Part shown: positions 8,941 through 18,687 of the stretch, piece after piece
How the letters are laid out: each line of letters opens with the position of its first letter
Position numbering within the stretch: position 1 is the stretch's first letter
From: an uncultured Tessaracoccus sp.
GTDB taxonomy: Bacteria; Actinomycetota; Actinomycetes; Propionibacteriales; Propionibacteriaceae
Direction: 5' to 3'
DNA: 64,000 bases
Assembly (NCBI RefSeq): GCF_947255005.1
Contig: NZ_CAMYFI010000001.1
Coordinates: forward strand, 27,591-91,590
Program-made: the position numbers and the translations under genes
The notes under the pieces: model-generated
What the model was told of the DNA's origin: nothing
Seen by the model: the letters and a program-made list of their open reading frames with translations, nothing else
Databases searched by the model: none

Positions 8941-10302
8941 TTACTCACCCACGAACTTCGAATAGTCATCCTGGAAAGACTGGAGTACGTCTTCAGGAGA
9001 CTTCTGTCCGCCCAGCGCCTCCTGGAGGCCCTGGCCAGCGGTGTCCGCGAAGCTCGGTGTCGCGTAATCGAGGTAGGGCAGCAGGGTGCCTTCGGAAGAA
9101 ACCTTGTCGAAGGCGACGAAGATGTCGTGCTGCACGCCCGAGTCTGGTGCGAGTTCGGCCGTGTTGTTCACCGGCATGCCGCCCTTCTCGGCGATGATCT
9201 TCATGGCCTCGTCGCTGGTGATGAAGTCGATGTAGGCCGCGGCCGCGTCGACGTTCTTCGCCTTGGCCGGAATTGCGAAGGGGATGCCGGTGCCGCCGGT
9301 GGTGGCGAGCTTGCCGTCGACCCCGGGTGGCGGAGCCATGAATCCGAGATCGTCCTTCATGGTGCCTTCCAAGTCGGTGCCCACCCAGCTACCGGCGGGC
9401 AGGAACACGCCGGTGCCCTTGCCGAAGCTCGCCCATGCCGGGTCGTAGTCGGTGCCGTTCGGTGAGGAGCCGAAGTAGCCGTCCTTCGCCCACTTGGCGA
9501 ACTGCGTCATGGCCTCTTTGTTGGCATCCGACGTCCAGTCGGCACCCGCATTGCCCATGCCGAGCTTCACGATCTCTTCCGAGGGCACGTAGTTGGCCTG
9601 CAACGGGCCGAAGACGTGGAGCGCGGGCCACTGCTCGAGGTTGCCCAGCACCATGGGCTGCTCGCCCGCTTCCTTCGCCTTGTCGAGTGCGGCGAAGTAC
9701 TCGTCCCACGTCGTCGGGGCCTCGATGCCAAGCTGCTCGAGCTTCTTCTTGGAGTAGAAGAGGCCGACGATCTCACCGGTCTGCGGCACGCCGTACAAGT
9801 TGCCTTCACCGAAGGTCTTGGCGTCGTCGGAGTAACGCACCTTGCTGAGGACAGACTCAGAGAAGCGGTCGCCCCAGCCGTAGGCCTTGGCGTACGGCTC
9901 GAGGTTGACGAGCTGGTTAGCAGCCACGTATTGGCCCATGTCGCCGCGGGCGTTGTTGACCTGCGCGACATCGGGCACGTCGTTGCCGGACAGTGCGAGC
10001 GCGATCTGCTGCTGCAGGTCGTCGTTCGACTGGCTGGTGCGCTTGATCTTGATGTTGGGATACTTCTCTTGGAAGGCCTTGTTCAGGGCCTCCAGCGCGT
10101 CGTTTTGGGAGCCACGAACTTCCTGGTCCCACACCTTCAGCTCGACATTGCCCAAACTCGCAGGATCGGTGCTGATTTCGCTGGGCGCCTTCGACGGTGT
10201 TTCGCCCGAGGCGTTGTCGCCGCTACCGGGCGCGCACGCCGAGAGCGTGCCGATTGCAAGTGCCGGGGCGAGGCCCAGCACGAGGAACTTGCGACGTCGC
10301 AT
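8941..10302 (-). CDS. Extracellular solute-binding lipoprotein of the sugar ABC transporter
   Basis: Lipoprotein signal MRRRKFLVLGLAPALAIGTLSACAPG. Family-1 SBP length (453 aa). Lies in an operon with the two permeases. Confidence 0.85.
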   Translation of the reverse strand: MRRRKFLVLGLAPALAIGTLSACAPGSGDNASGETPSKAPSEISTDPASLGNVELKVWDQEVRGSQNDALEALNKAFQEKYPNIKIKRTSQSNDDLQQQIALALSGNDVPDVAQVNNARGDMGQYVAANQLVNLEPYAKAYGWGDRFSESVLSKVRYSDDAKTFGEGNLYGVPQTGEIVGLFYSKKKLEQLGIEAPTTWDEYFAALDKAKEAGEQPMVLGNLEQWPALHVFGPLQANYVPSEEIVKLGMGNAGADWTSDANKEAMTQFAKWAKDGYFGSSPNGTDYDPAWASFGKGTGVFLPAGSWVGTDLEGTMKDDLGFMAPPPGVDGKLATTGGTGIPFAIPAKAKNVDAAAAYIDFITSDEAMKIIAEKGGMPVNNTAELAPDSGVQHDIFVAFDKVSSEGTLLPYLDYATPSFADTAGQGLQEALGGQKSPEDVLQSFQDDYSKFVGE

Positions 10303-10437
10303 GTTGCTCCTTCACTGATGTAGCTTCACTGGTACTTCGGCCGCTAACGCGCAGGTGTGCGAAATCGGTCGTACAGCCCCAGCATGTCAGAACATGAGCG
10401 AATCAGCCACCTTTTTCGTAAAAATGACTGAAGTTGC

Positions 10438-11241
10438 TTGATTGGGTGCTACGTTTATGTCGTGCTCACCGAAGACCGACATCTCCGCATCGTGTCCGCC
10501 GTGCGCGACCGTGGGTTCGTGACGGTGCAGGAGCTTTGTGATGCCTTGGGCGTCTCCGAAGCTACGGTGCGCCGCGACCTCGACGCGCTCTCGAAAGCCG
10601 GCAAGCTGCGTCGCCTTCGCGGGGGCGCAGGCGACGCGTTGGGTACCATCCGACCCGAGCGCGACTTGCGTAGTTTCAGCGAGGTGGCCGAGTCGGCCTC
10701 CGACGCCAAGCGCGCCATCGGGCAGGCGGCCGCGCACCTCGTCGAAGATGGAGACGTCATCGCCCTCGACAGCGGCACGACGGTCGCCGCGATGTGCCCG
10801 GTGTTGGCGACGAAGTCGCTCACGGTGGTCACCGCGTCACTCGCGGTGGTCGATGCCTTGGCGCAGGCGCCGGCGGTGGATCTCGTCGTGGTAGGTGGCC
10901 TACTGCGTGCCAACTACTGCTCCATGGTGGGCACCTGGGCCGAGCAAATGCTCAGCCAAATGCGTGTCGACAAGGCGTTCCTCGGTACTGCGGGCGTCGC
11001 CCGTGACGGATCGGTCCTGGATTCGACGCCGAGCGAGGTGCCCATCAAACGTGCACTGATGCACTGTGCAGGCTCGTCGTACTTGCTCGCTGACGCAGAG
11101 AAATTCCCCGGTTCCGGCTTCCTCAAGGTGAGCGGGCTGGACGCCTTCAGTCACTTGATAACCGACGCGGAGCCGCAAGGTTTTGCGATTCCCGACGAAA
11201 CCGCGCTCGTCGTGGCGCACAGTGAGGAGCAGACGAAATGA
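10438..11241 (+). CDS. DeoR-family transcriptional regulator (start could be GTG at 10462)
   Basis: N-terminal [28 protein letters not shown]-terminal DeoR sugar-binding domain. Confidence 0.8.
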   Translation: MIGCYVYVVLTEDRHLRIVSAVRDRGFVTVQELCDALGVSEATVRRDLDALSKAGKLRRLRGGAGDALGTIRPERDLRSFSEVAESASDAKRAIGQAAAHLVEDGDVIALDSGTTVAAMCPVLATKSLTVVTASLAVVDALAQAPAVDLVVVGGLLRANYCSMVGTWAEQMLSQMRVDKAFLGTAGVARDGSVLDSTPSEVPIKRALMHCAGSSYLLADAEKFPGSGFLKVSGLDAFSHLITDAEPQGFAIPDETALVVAHSEEQTK

Positions 11242-12593
11242 GACTGGCGATCCTTGGCGGTGGCGGATTCCGCACGCCGCTGGTGTACGAAGCAGTCGCA
11301 CAGGAAGTCACCGGGATGCACGTTGACGAGGTCGTACTCTTTGACGTCGACCCCGCCCGCCTGCGCGTGATCGAACGCATCACTGCTGAGATGGCGGCGC
11401 GGATCGGCGACGGTGCCACGTCCGTGCGCGTCGCAAGCGACCTCACCGACGCCGTGCGCGGCGCCGACTTCGTCTTTTCCGCCATCCGCGTGGGGGGCAC
11501 CGCGGCGCGCACCGTCGACGAGCGCGTAGCCCTGAACCTGGGGCTACTCGGCCAGGAAACGATCGGCCCCGGCGGGTTGGCCTACGCGCTGCGCACCATC
11601 CCCGTGATGCGCCAGGTTGCAGAAACGATCACCCGCGAAGCCCCGGACGCCTGGGTGATCAACTTCACCAACCCGGCAGGCATCGTCACCGAGGCCATGC
11701 AACAGGTGCTCGGCCACCGCGTCGTCGGCATCTGTGACACCCCCATCGGCTTGGTGCGCCGCGTGGCTCGGGCGTTTGACAAGAATGTCGCCGACGTCGA
11801 GTACGACTACCTCGGCATCAACCACCTCGGCTGGCTGCGCGAGGTGCGCATCGACGGCAACAACCTGCTGCCCACGCTGCTCGCCGACGACGCGCTCATC
11901 GAAGGCATCGAAGAAGCGCGCATCATCGGCATCGACTACGTGCGCCAGATGGCCGCCCTGCCGAACGAGTACCTCTACTACTACCTGCACACCGATGAAG
12001 CCATCCGCCGCATTCTCGACGCCGGGCAAACCCGTGGCGAGTTCCTGCAAGCCCAGCAGCGGAAGTTTTACGACGAGGCTAGCGCCGAGTGCTGCGGGTC
12101 GCCGCTGAAGGTGTGGCGCGACGCGCTGCACACCCGCGAGGCCACGTACATGGCGGAGGGGCGCGACGAGGAGCGTCGCGAGGAAGACATCGCCGGCGGC
12201 GGGTACCAGGAAGTGGCGCTGCGGCTCATGACAGCCATCGCTACGAACACGTCGGAGAAGATGATCCTCAACGTGGCCAACGGCGCAGGTTCGCACGGGC
12301 GCATCGTCAAGGAGTTGCCGGATGATCTCGTGATCGAGGTGGGCTGCATAGTGGACGCCGACGGGGTACACCCGAAGCATGTGGCTGCGCCGTCGCTCGA
12401 GCAACTCGGGCGAATGTCCAGACTGCGCGGTGCCGAGCGCTGCATCCTCGAGGCCGCCATCACTGGCGACACCGGTGCGGCCTGGGAAGGATTCGCCACG
12501 CATCCGCTGGTGGATTCCCCCACGAAGGGCCAGCAGCTGCTTGACGGCTACCTCGAACAGTCTGCCGATATCGCCGCCATCCTTGAGCGGTAA
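11238..12593 (+). CDS. Glycoside hydrolase family 4 (NAD/Mn-dependent glucosidase, 6-phospho-glucosidase-like)
   Basis: N-terminal Rossmann [12 protein letters not shown]4 motifs [14 protein letters not shown] and GICDTPIGL. Confidence 0.85.
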   Translation: MRLAILGGGGFRTPLVYEAVAQEVTGMHVDEVVLFDVDPARLRVIERITAEMAARIGDGATSVRVASDLTDAVRGADFVFSAIRVGGTAARTVDERVALNLGLLGQETIGPGGLAYALRTIPVMRQVAETITREAPDAWVINFTNPAGIVTEAMQQVLGHRVVGICDTPIGLVRRVARAFDKNVADVEYDYLGINHLGWLREVRIDGNNLLPTLLADDALIEGIEEARIIGIDYVRQMAALPNEYLYYYLHTDEAIRRILDAGQTRGEFLQAQQRKFYDEASAECCGSPLKVWRDALHTREATYMAEGRDEERREEDIAGGGYQEVALRLMTAIATNTSEKMILNVANGAGSHGRIVKELPDDLVIEVGCIVDADGVHPKHVAAPSLEQLGRMSRLRGAERCILEAAITGDTGAAWEGFATHPLVDSPTKGQQLLDGYLEQSADIAAILER

Positions 12594-12620
12594 CGCATAC
12601 ATAGCAATCAACTTCGATCA

Positions 12621-12655
12621 CAGGAGGGCTCATCTCGAGCCCTCCTGTTTGTTAT
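12621..12655 (+). terminator. Rho-independent terminator after the GH4 gene
   Basis: Perfect 11-bp stem CAGGAGGGCTC / GAGCCCTCCTG with a 5-nt loop, followed by TTTGTT. Confidence 0.6.
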
Positions 12656-12818
12656 TGCGTGAAATAAAGAAGAAGATGCAGAGAATTGCCTGCGGGTGAG
12701 CGTTTCCTCCGGTAGCGTGCCATGCAACGTCGGGCATGGAGGCTCGACACGAGGGCATTCGCGCTGACTACGCGGTTAGCGAGTGCTTAGAAGTACCGGA
12801 TCAATCAATGGAGGATTG

Positions 12819-15800
12819 ATGAAACGTCTACGCTTGCTCACCGCGGGCATGGCGGCAGTAGCGCTCAGCGTCCCCACGCTGGCCGCCGCAGACCCCGCGC
12901 CCGATCTCGCCTTCGGGCCGCCCGCGATCTCCACCACGAGCGAGGCGTCGAAGATTGACGTCATGGCGCTGTGGTCACACCCCGACGATGACGCCTCCTT
13001 CACGACACCGTGTGGCGTGTGGGGAGACCGCTACGACATCAAGTGCGGCATCATCATGGTCACCCGCGGGGAAGGCGGGTCGAACTCTGTGGGTAACGAG
13101 TCGGGCCCTGACCTGGGGCTTCGCCGCGAGAATGAGGACCGTGCCTCGCACGTGCGCACGGGCACCGTCGATATCTTCAACATCGACAAGGTGGATTTCT
13201 TCTACAACACATCGGCGCCGCTCACTCAGCGCGCCTGGGACGGGGAAGACACGCTGCGCCGCATCGTGCGCGTGATTCGCGAGACACGCCCGTCGGTGAT
13301 GATTGGCTGGCCTCTCAACTTCGACTACGGCCACGGTAACCACCAGTACTCCGGCCGGCTGGTGTGGGAGGCCGTCGCGGCTGCCGCCGACCCGAATCGC
13401 TTCCCCGAGCAGTTCGAGGGCGTCGGAGCGGTGCAGCCCTGGCAGGTGAAGAAGGTAATCCAGCGCACCGGTTGGGGTTTCCAGTACGACGGCGAGGGCG
13501 CGCAGGATGCGCCCAACTGCAACGTCGGCTACACGCCGAACCCCGATAACCCCTTCACGATGGTGGGAACCTGGTCTGGCTACGAATCGCCCTACAAGTG
13601 GGTGCCAGGCAACACGGCGGGCATCGCCGCGGGAACCCCGAAGACGTGGGCGCAGGTAGGCCGCGAGGGCGGGCGGGCACACCCCACGCAGGCGAGGGTC
13701 ATGCAGAAGGACCCATGGAAGTCAGAGTGCCTCCAGTTCGCGGTGCTGGACTCCGTCGTGCCCATGCAGCCCAACGGCACCGACGCCGGCGACAAGGACG
13801 ACGCCCTCTTCCAAGGCGCTGCCGTGCCGGATGCAGGCGGATTCCCACTCGAGACCATCTTCCGCATCACTCCCGAGCAATTCCACGTGGCGGCAGGTGA
13901 ACCGTTCAAGGTTGACGTCGCGCTAGAAGTGCCGGAAGGTGCCGTTCCGACGGGCTCCCTCACCCTCGACGTGCCGAAAGGCTGGAAGGTGAGCGACCCG
14001 GTGCAGGTGGGCGGCAAGGCCCAGGCGAAGGCGACGTTCACCGTCACTCCGGCGGCGGACGCGCCGGTGGCTCTGCAGCAGCTCGCGGCGTCGTTTACCG
14101 GGGGCGGGAAGACAGCGTGGAACAACACGCGGGTGCAGGCGGTGCCGAAGGTGCAGGGCCTGTTCGAGCGTTCCGGTAACTCGGCGGAACTCGACCAATG
14201 GAACGAGAAGAACGGCGTGCACCTCTACGGACGCTCGCCGGCTATCGACAACATCGGCGCTGGTGAGACGAAGACCGTGAGCGTCGAGGTGTCGAACCGC
14301 ACCAATCAGACGCAGTCCGGCGAGGTTGTGCTCAGCGTTCCGGAAGGATTCGTCGTCCAAGAGGCGAGGAAACCGTTCAGCAACGTCAAGCCCGACGGCA
14401 CCACCCAGGTGAGCTTCACCGTGACGCACACCGATCCGCGGGCAGCGGGCAGCGAGGTGGTGGAGTTCAAAGCCACGACCACCACGGCATCCAGCGCATC
14501 GGAAGAGACGCTGCAGATGTACCTCGTGCCGTCCACAGTGATTCAGCAGCTCGGCGAGGCTCCAGCGATCGACGGCAAGGCCGACGACGCCTACGCGGGC
14601 GACGCGATCCCCGTCGGGAAAAAATGGGAGGGCGACGATTGTGATCCCGACGGCACCGACTGCGGCGAGGGCTCTAAGGCCAAGCTCGGTTGGTACGACG
14701 ATGCGCTCTACGCGCACATCACCGTGGTCGACGACACCGCGAGCGCAGCGGCCACGCCCGACCGCTGCTTCGGGCACTGGCTGGTGGACTCCGTGGAATT
14801 GCTCGCTGATCCGCGCGGCGACTCCGCGGATACCTCGAGCACCTTCAAGCTCGGCATGTTCCCCTTCACCGACGACCCAGAGGGCAAGAACGGTAACGGC
14901 AAGAATGGCCCCTGCTGGTCGCGCGACGCGGACAACCACCAGGGCTTCTCCTCCGGACCGCTGGCGAAGACCATCGCCAACGGTCCGAACGCCCCCGGCG
15001 TCAAGGTAGCCGTGCAGGTGAAGCGTGACGCCAACGGCAAGTACGTGGGCGGCACCTACGAGGTGGAGGTGAAGGTTCCGCTCGACGTGCTCCCGGCTGC
15101 GGTGGGCCAAACGAGCACCCCGCCAACCGGTGACGCCGCCACGAACGAGATCGACCCGCAGTACATGGGCTTCAACCTCACGCCCTACGACTCGGACAAC
15201 CGCGATTTCATTGGCGAAACCCGCACCGCGTGGTCGGCCTTTGGTAGCCAGCAGTCCGAGCCCTACCGCTGGGGCCACGCGTACCTCGAGGGTTACCAGC
15301 CGCCGGCGGATCGCTCGACGAAAGCGAAAGATCCCGTCATCCCGGACACCGCGCTACGCGGCGTCTTGTCGCCGCAGACCATCCACCAGTCCGCGAAGCG
15401 CGGCGTGACGATGTCTGGCGTGCAGCCGACGGATTCCCTCACCGTGACGGACGTGAGCTTCGAAGGCGACGGCATCGTCGTGAGCTACGAGGCGTTGGCC
15501 GCCGGCACGCTGCGCGGATTCGTCTGGAAGGGCGACCCTCGCTTCGTGCCAGTGTGGACGTCCAGCTGTGCAGGTGACACCGACGGGTTCGACGCCTGCT
15601 CCGAGGAAGACGGCAAGGCACCCAAGTGGGCCCCTGACATGGGCGGCAGGCTGAAGGCCGACGGTTCGTTCGAGGTGAAGGCCGGGAAGGGCAAGTTCAC
15701 GATCCCCGTGTCCAGCAACGTACTGGCGGAGCTCGCATCCGAGAGCGAATTGCTGCTCTCATGGGAAGAGCAGGGTCGGGATAACGGCGACGGTGTGACC

Positions 15801-15947
15801 GCCTGGTCGTACCCGATCCAGCCCGCCGGGGACGAGTCGAAGCCAGGCACTCCGGACGGCCCAGGCGTCCCGGGTGACCGTGGAGATGCCGGCGGTGGCG
15901 CCGTCGACAAGCCGCTTCGGCCCGGCCTCCCGAAGACGGGATGCTGA
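12819..15947 (+). CDS. Large secreted multidomain protein (~1040 aa): N-terminal LmbE/PIG-L-family deacetylase domain, central CBM9-like carbohydrate-binding region, C-terminal LPKTG motif without the membrane-anchor tail
   Basis: RBS GGAGGA then ATG 12819. Signal peptide MKRLRLLTAGMAAVALSVPTLAAA. PIG-L motif WSHPDDD with a conserved HGNHQ region. The ORF ends ...LPKTGC-stop. Confidence 0.7.
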   Translation: MKRLRLLTAGMAAVALSVPTLAAADPAPDLAFGPPAISTTSEASKIDVMALWSHPDDDASFTTPCGVWGDRYDIKCGIIMVTRGEGGSNSVGNESGPDLGLRRENEDRASHVRTGTVDIFNIDKVDFFYNTSAPLTQRAWDGEDTLRRIVRVIRETRPSVMIGWPLNFDYGHGNHQYSGRLVWEAVAAAADPNRFPEQFEGVGAVQPWQVKKVIQRTGWGFQYDGEGAQDAPNCNVGYTPNPDNPFTMVGTWSGYESPYKWVPGNTAGIAAGTPKTWAQVGREGGRAHPTQARVMQKDPWKSECLQFAVLDSVVPMQPNGTDAGDKDDALFQGAAVPDAGGFPLETIFRITPEQFHVAAGEPFKVDVALEVPEGAVPTGSLTLDVPKGWKVSDPVQVGGKAQAKATFTVTPAADAPVALQQLAASFTGGGKTAWNNTRVQAVPKVQGLFERSGNSAELDQWNEKNGVHLYGRSPAIDNIGAGETKTVSVEVSNRTNQTQSGEVVLSVPEGFVVQEARKPFSNVKPDGTTQVSFTVTHTDPRAAGSEVVEFKATTTTASSASEETLQMYLVPSTVIQQLGEAPAIDGKADDAYAGDAIPVGKKWEGDDCDPDGTDCGEGSKAKLGWYDDALYAHITVVDDTASAAATPDRCFGHWLVDSVELLADPRGDSADTSSTFKLGMFPFTDDPEGKNGNGKNGPCWSRDADNHQGFSSGPLAKTIANGPNAPGVKVAVQVKRDANGKYVGGTYEVEVKVPLDVLPAAVGQTSTPPTGDAATNEIDPQYMGFNLTPYDSDNRDFIGETRTAWSAFGSQQSEPYRWGHAYLEGYQPPADRSTKAKDPVIPDTALRGVLSPQTIHQSAKRGVTMSGVQPTDSLTVTDVSFEGDGIVVSYEALAAGTLRGFVWKGDPRFVPVWTSSCAGDTDGFDACSEEDGKAPKWAPDMGGRLKADGSFEVKAGKGKFTIPVSSNVLAELASESELLLSWEEQGRDNGDGVTAWSYPIQPAGDESKPGTPDGPGVPGDRGDAGGGAVDKPLRPGLPKTGC

Positions 15948-16075
15948 CGCAATAGCCGGCGGTGGATGAGAGAGGGGATTGAGGTGCAAGCCTCGGTCCC
16001 CTCTCGCCCCATGTTTCCTCCCACATTTGCCTAACAGGCGGGAATCTCTCCTGGGGAACAGGTAGGCTGCTGGCT

Positions 16076-16315
16076 ATGCCACGCGTCGTCGTCAACGTTA
16101 TGCCGAAGCCGGAGATTCTCGACCCCCAGGGGAAGGCCGTCACCGGCGCATTGCAGCGTCTCGGGTTTCAGGGCCTCACCGTGCGTCAGGGAAAGCGATT
16201 CGAGATCGACGTCGAGGGAGAGCTCACCGACGAGGTGCTCGCCCAGATTCGCAGCGCGGCAGAGACGCTGCTGGCGAACACCGTCATCGAGTCATTCGAC
16301 GTGGTGAGCGAATGA
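16076..16315 (+). CDS. purS: Phosphoribosylformylglycinamidine synthase subunit PurS
   Basis: 79 aa. [13 protein letters not shown] motif. Overlaps the purQ start. Confidence 0.9.
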   Translation: MPRVVVNVMPKPEILDPQGKAVTGALQRLGFQGLTVRQGKRFEIDVEGELTDEVLAQIRSAAETLLANTVIESFDVVSE

Positions 16316-16980
16316 CCAAGATCGGTGTCGTCACTTTCCCCGGATCGCTCGACGATCATGACGCGCTGCGCGCGGTGCGTCTGAGTGGTGCGGAGGCAGT
16401 GTCGTTGTGGCACGCCTCGGACTCCCTCCAAGGCGTTGACGCCATCGTGCTGCCCGGCGGGTTCTCATATGGCGACTACCTGCGCTGTGGCGCCATCGCC
16501 AGGCTGAGCCCTGTGATGACGACCGTCATCGGAGCCGCACACAAGGGCATGCCGATTCTCGGCATCTGTAATGGGTTCCAGATTCTCTGCGAGGCGCATC
16601 TCCTCGAAGGCGCGATGATTCGCAATGCCGGCCAGCAGTTCGTTTGCCGCGACGAGCGGCTGCGCGTCGAAACGAAAGACACCGTGTGGACGTGCCTCTT
16701 CGACAACGGCGAAGAGATCACCATCGCGTTGAAGAACGGCGAGGGCAACTTCCAGGCGGCACCCGAGGTGCTGCGTAAGCTGGAAGAGAACGACCAGGTG
16801 GTGTTCCGCTACCTCGACAACCCCAACGGCTCCGCCAACGACATCGCCGGCATCACGAACGAGAGCGGCAACGTCGTCGGCCTCATGCCACACCCCGAAC
16901 ACAACGTTGAGGAACTCACCGCGACGTCCGTCGATGGCCGCCGCTTTTTCGAATCCGCGCTGGCGTTCCTCCAGCGCTAA
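16312..16980 (+). CDS. purQ: Phosphoribosylformylglycinamidine synthase I (glutaminase subunit)
   Basis: [18 protein letters not shown] and GICNGFQ (catalytic Cys) motifs. Confidence 0.9.
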   Translation: MTKIGVVTFPGSLDDHDALRAVRLSGAEAVSLWHASDSLQGVDAIVLPGGFSYGDYLRCGAIARLSPVMTTVIGAAHKGMPILGICNGFQILCEAHLLEGAMIRNAGQQFVCRDERLRVETKDTVWTCLFDNGEEITIALKNGEGNFQAAPEVLRKLEENDQVVFRYLDNPNGSANDIAGITNESGNVVGLMPHPEHNVEELTATSVDGRRFFESALAFLQR

Positions 16981-17042
16981 TTTTCTGTGCCGCCTGCAAC
17001 GGTTCACGTACACGAAAGCGTGTAACTGGTTGGAGGTAACAC

Positions 17043-17516
17043 ATGGGATTCGAGCAGTTCATTCTCGACCGCGGCGAGCGGCTGCTACGCGCTGCATGGC
17101 TGCTCACCGGGGATCAGCAGTACGCCGAGGATCTGCTCCAGACCGCCCTCGTGAAGTGCTGGAGCAAATACGACGAGGATGATGATCGCTTCGAGGGCTA
17201 CGTGCGAACGACCCTGCACCGCACGTACATCTCGTGGTGGCGTCGGAGGAGCTGGCATGAACAGCCAGTCGATCACACGCCAGATCGCTACGAGGCTGAC
17301 ACCAGTGTCGAAGTGCGGCTCGACCTTGCGCGTGCCCTGTGCACGCTCAGCCGTCCACAACGAGCGGCCATCACGCTCAGGTACTTCGACGATCTCACCG
17401 TGCCACAAGTGGCCAAAACGCTCGGCATGCCGGAAGGGACGGTCAAGGCCCACCTCCACCGAGGAATCCAGGTCCTGCGCAACAGCGGGCTTGTCGAACA
17501 GGAGGAACTCGCATGA
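17043..17516 (+). CDS. ECF-subfamily RNA polymerase sigma-70 factor
   Basis: Region 2 motifs YAEDLLQTALVKCW and WLRRT-like. Region 4 HTH LTVPQVAKTLGMPEGTVKAHLHRG. Confidence 0.85.
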   Translation: MGFEQFILDRGERLLRAAWLLTGDQQYAEDLLQTALVKCWSKYDEDDDRFEGYVRTTLHRTYISWWRRRSWHEQPVDHTPDRYEADTSVEVRLDLARALCTLSRPQRAAITLRYFDDLTVPQVAKTLGMPEGTVKAHLHRGIQVLRNSGLVEQEELA

Positions 17517-18517
17517 ACCTGCACGATCAACTTGAAGAACTCGCGCCCAGCATGTCCACGCGTGGCCTCGCGAGCGGTGTGCGCAAGCGGCGGCGTCGGC
17601 GCCAAACACTCGCCGCAGGAACGGCAACGGCGGCAGTTGCGCTCGTGGTGGTCGGTGGAGTGTTCCTACAGACCGGGACACGCCCAGTGCCCTCGACGTA
17701 TGTGGACGCCGTTCCGGGAACGATGCACGGTGAGGAAGTGCTCTCCGAGCATCCTGCATCGCCGAGTGCCGAGCCAGCCCAGCAACTCGTCGCAGGACAC
17801 GTGACGTTGCTGCGCAAAGATGCGAACTCCCCGGCGGTGATGTGCACTGCGGTGATGGAGAGCGCGCCGCCGCAGTGTGAAGGGCCAACCGTGATCGGCG
17901 AGATCGATTGGGACAAGATCGATGCCAGCACGTACGCCGGGGCGCCAGGGTTCCGCGATGCGGACGCGTGGGTCGTCGGGTACTTCGACAGCAAGAAGCG
18001 AACTTTCACGCTGGCTCAGCCGCCGACGCTGGAGCAGCCCAAGGGAGCAATGGCGGACAAGGAAGACCCCGTCGACTTCCCGCAGTTGTGCGACGACCCT
18101 CTGGCCGGCGCTCAGAAGGGTGGAAGAAACGATCGCGATGCGCTCATCCGCAAAGCTGAGGCGCTGCCTGGCTACGTCGACTCGTGGGTGAGCGATGGTT
18201 CTAACGCCTTGAACGTGGTGGTCAGGCACGATGCGAAGGGTGCGTTCAAGAGCCTTCGAGAGGTGTGGCAAGGCGAGCTGTGCGTGGAAGCACGAGATGT
18301 TCCCAATACCGAGCAGATCCGCGCCGCGCACGACGCGCTGGTTCCCTTGCGCAAGGACGTCCCGGATCTGAGCGTGTCCAAAGATAACCAAGGGGTCGTG
18401 GTGTCCGCCTGGTTCATCGATGAAGCCACGAAGATGCGCATTCACGAACTCGCTGAGGCGCATGTGCCTGCCGATGCGGTGACGATCCAATCAACCCTCA
18501 AACCGCTCGCCAAGTAG
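17513..18517 (+). CDS. Membrane protein co-transcribed with the ECF sigma factor (candidate atypical anti-sigma or sigma-partner protein): ~31-aa cytoplasmic N-terminus, one TM helix, ~280-aa Cys-containing extracytoplasmic domain
   Basis: ATGA overlap with the sigma-factor stop. N-terminus RKRRRRRQ precedes a hydrophobic helix AAGTATAAVALVVVGGVFL. Confidence 0.55.
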   Translation: MNLHDQLEELAPSMSTRGLASGVRKRRRRRQTLAAGTATAAVALVVVGGVFLQTGTRPVPSTYVDAVPGTMHGEEVLSEHPASPSAEPAQQLVAGHVTLLRKDANSPAVMCTAVMESAPPQCEGPTVIGEIDWDKIDASTYAGAPGFRDADAWVVGYFDSKKRTFTLAQPPTLEQPKGAMADKEDPVDFPQLCDDPLAGAQKGGRNDRDALIRKAEALPGYVDSWVSDGSNALNVVVRHDAKGAFKSLREVWQGELCVEARDVPNTEQIRAAHDALVPLRKDVPDLSVSKDNQGVVVSAWFIDEATKMRIHELAEAHVPADAVTIQSTLKPLAK

Positions 18518-18545
18518 CGACGCGCTGAGGCTCGACGCCACCCAG

Positions 18546-18630
18546 CTGACCGGTATCCTCCACGCCTGCAACAAATCCCCGAAAACCGGGGTTCGCAAGC
18601 AACAGGTGGAGGATAACGGTCAACTTTTTC
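18546..18630. repeat. Palindromic repeat element, copy A (~80 bp). 18-bp inverted arms CTGACCGGTATCCTCCAC / GTGGAGGATAACGGTCAA with a ~42-nt spacer containing a nested CCCCGAAAACCGGGG hairpin, followed by TTTTT.
   Basis: The same element occurs at 33303-33381 and 34285-34362. The downstream T-run gives it terminator-like geometry after the 17513-18517 gene. Confidence 0.6.
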
Positions 18631-18687
18631 GAGTGCCCAGGCGCCTGGTTCTGAGGCGGCGCCCGCAACCGAGGCGTACCAGGTAGA

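Noticed and set aside
8704-9465. 253-aa plus-strand ORF overlapping the solute-binding protein and permease genes
   Set aside because: It is antisense to two ABC transporter genes that have clear EAA and lipoprotein motifs. It is a composition artefact.
13923-15278. 451-aa minus-strand ORF inside the large secreted protein gene
   Set aside because: It is an Arg/Gly/Val-rich antisense artefact. The plus-strand frame has a signal peptide, a PIG-L motif and an LPKTG motif.
15938-16005. Possible frameshift restoring the sorting-signal tail after LPKTG in the large secreted protein
   Set aside because: All three forward frames after LPKTG were translated. None gives a hydrophobic helix plus basic tail, so a simple single-indel frameshift does not restore an anchor. 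It is reported as a truncation rather than annotated as a pseudogene.
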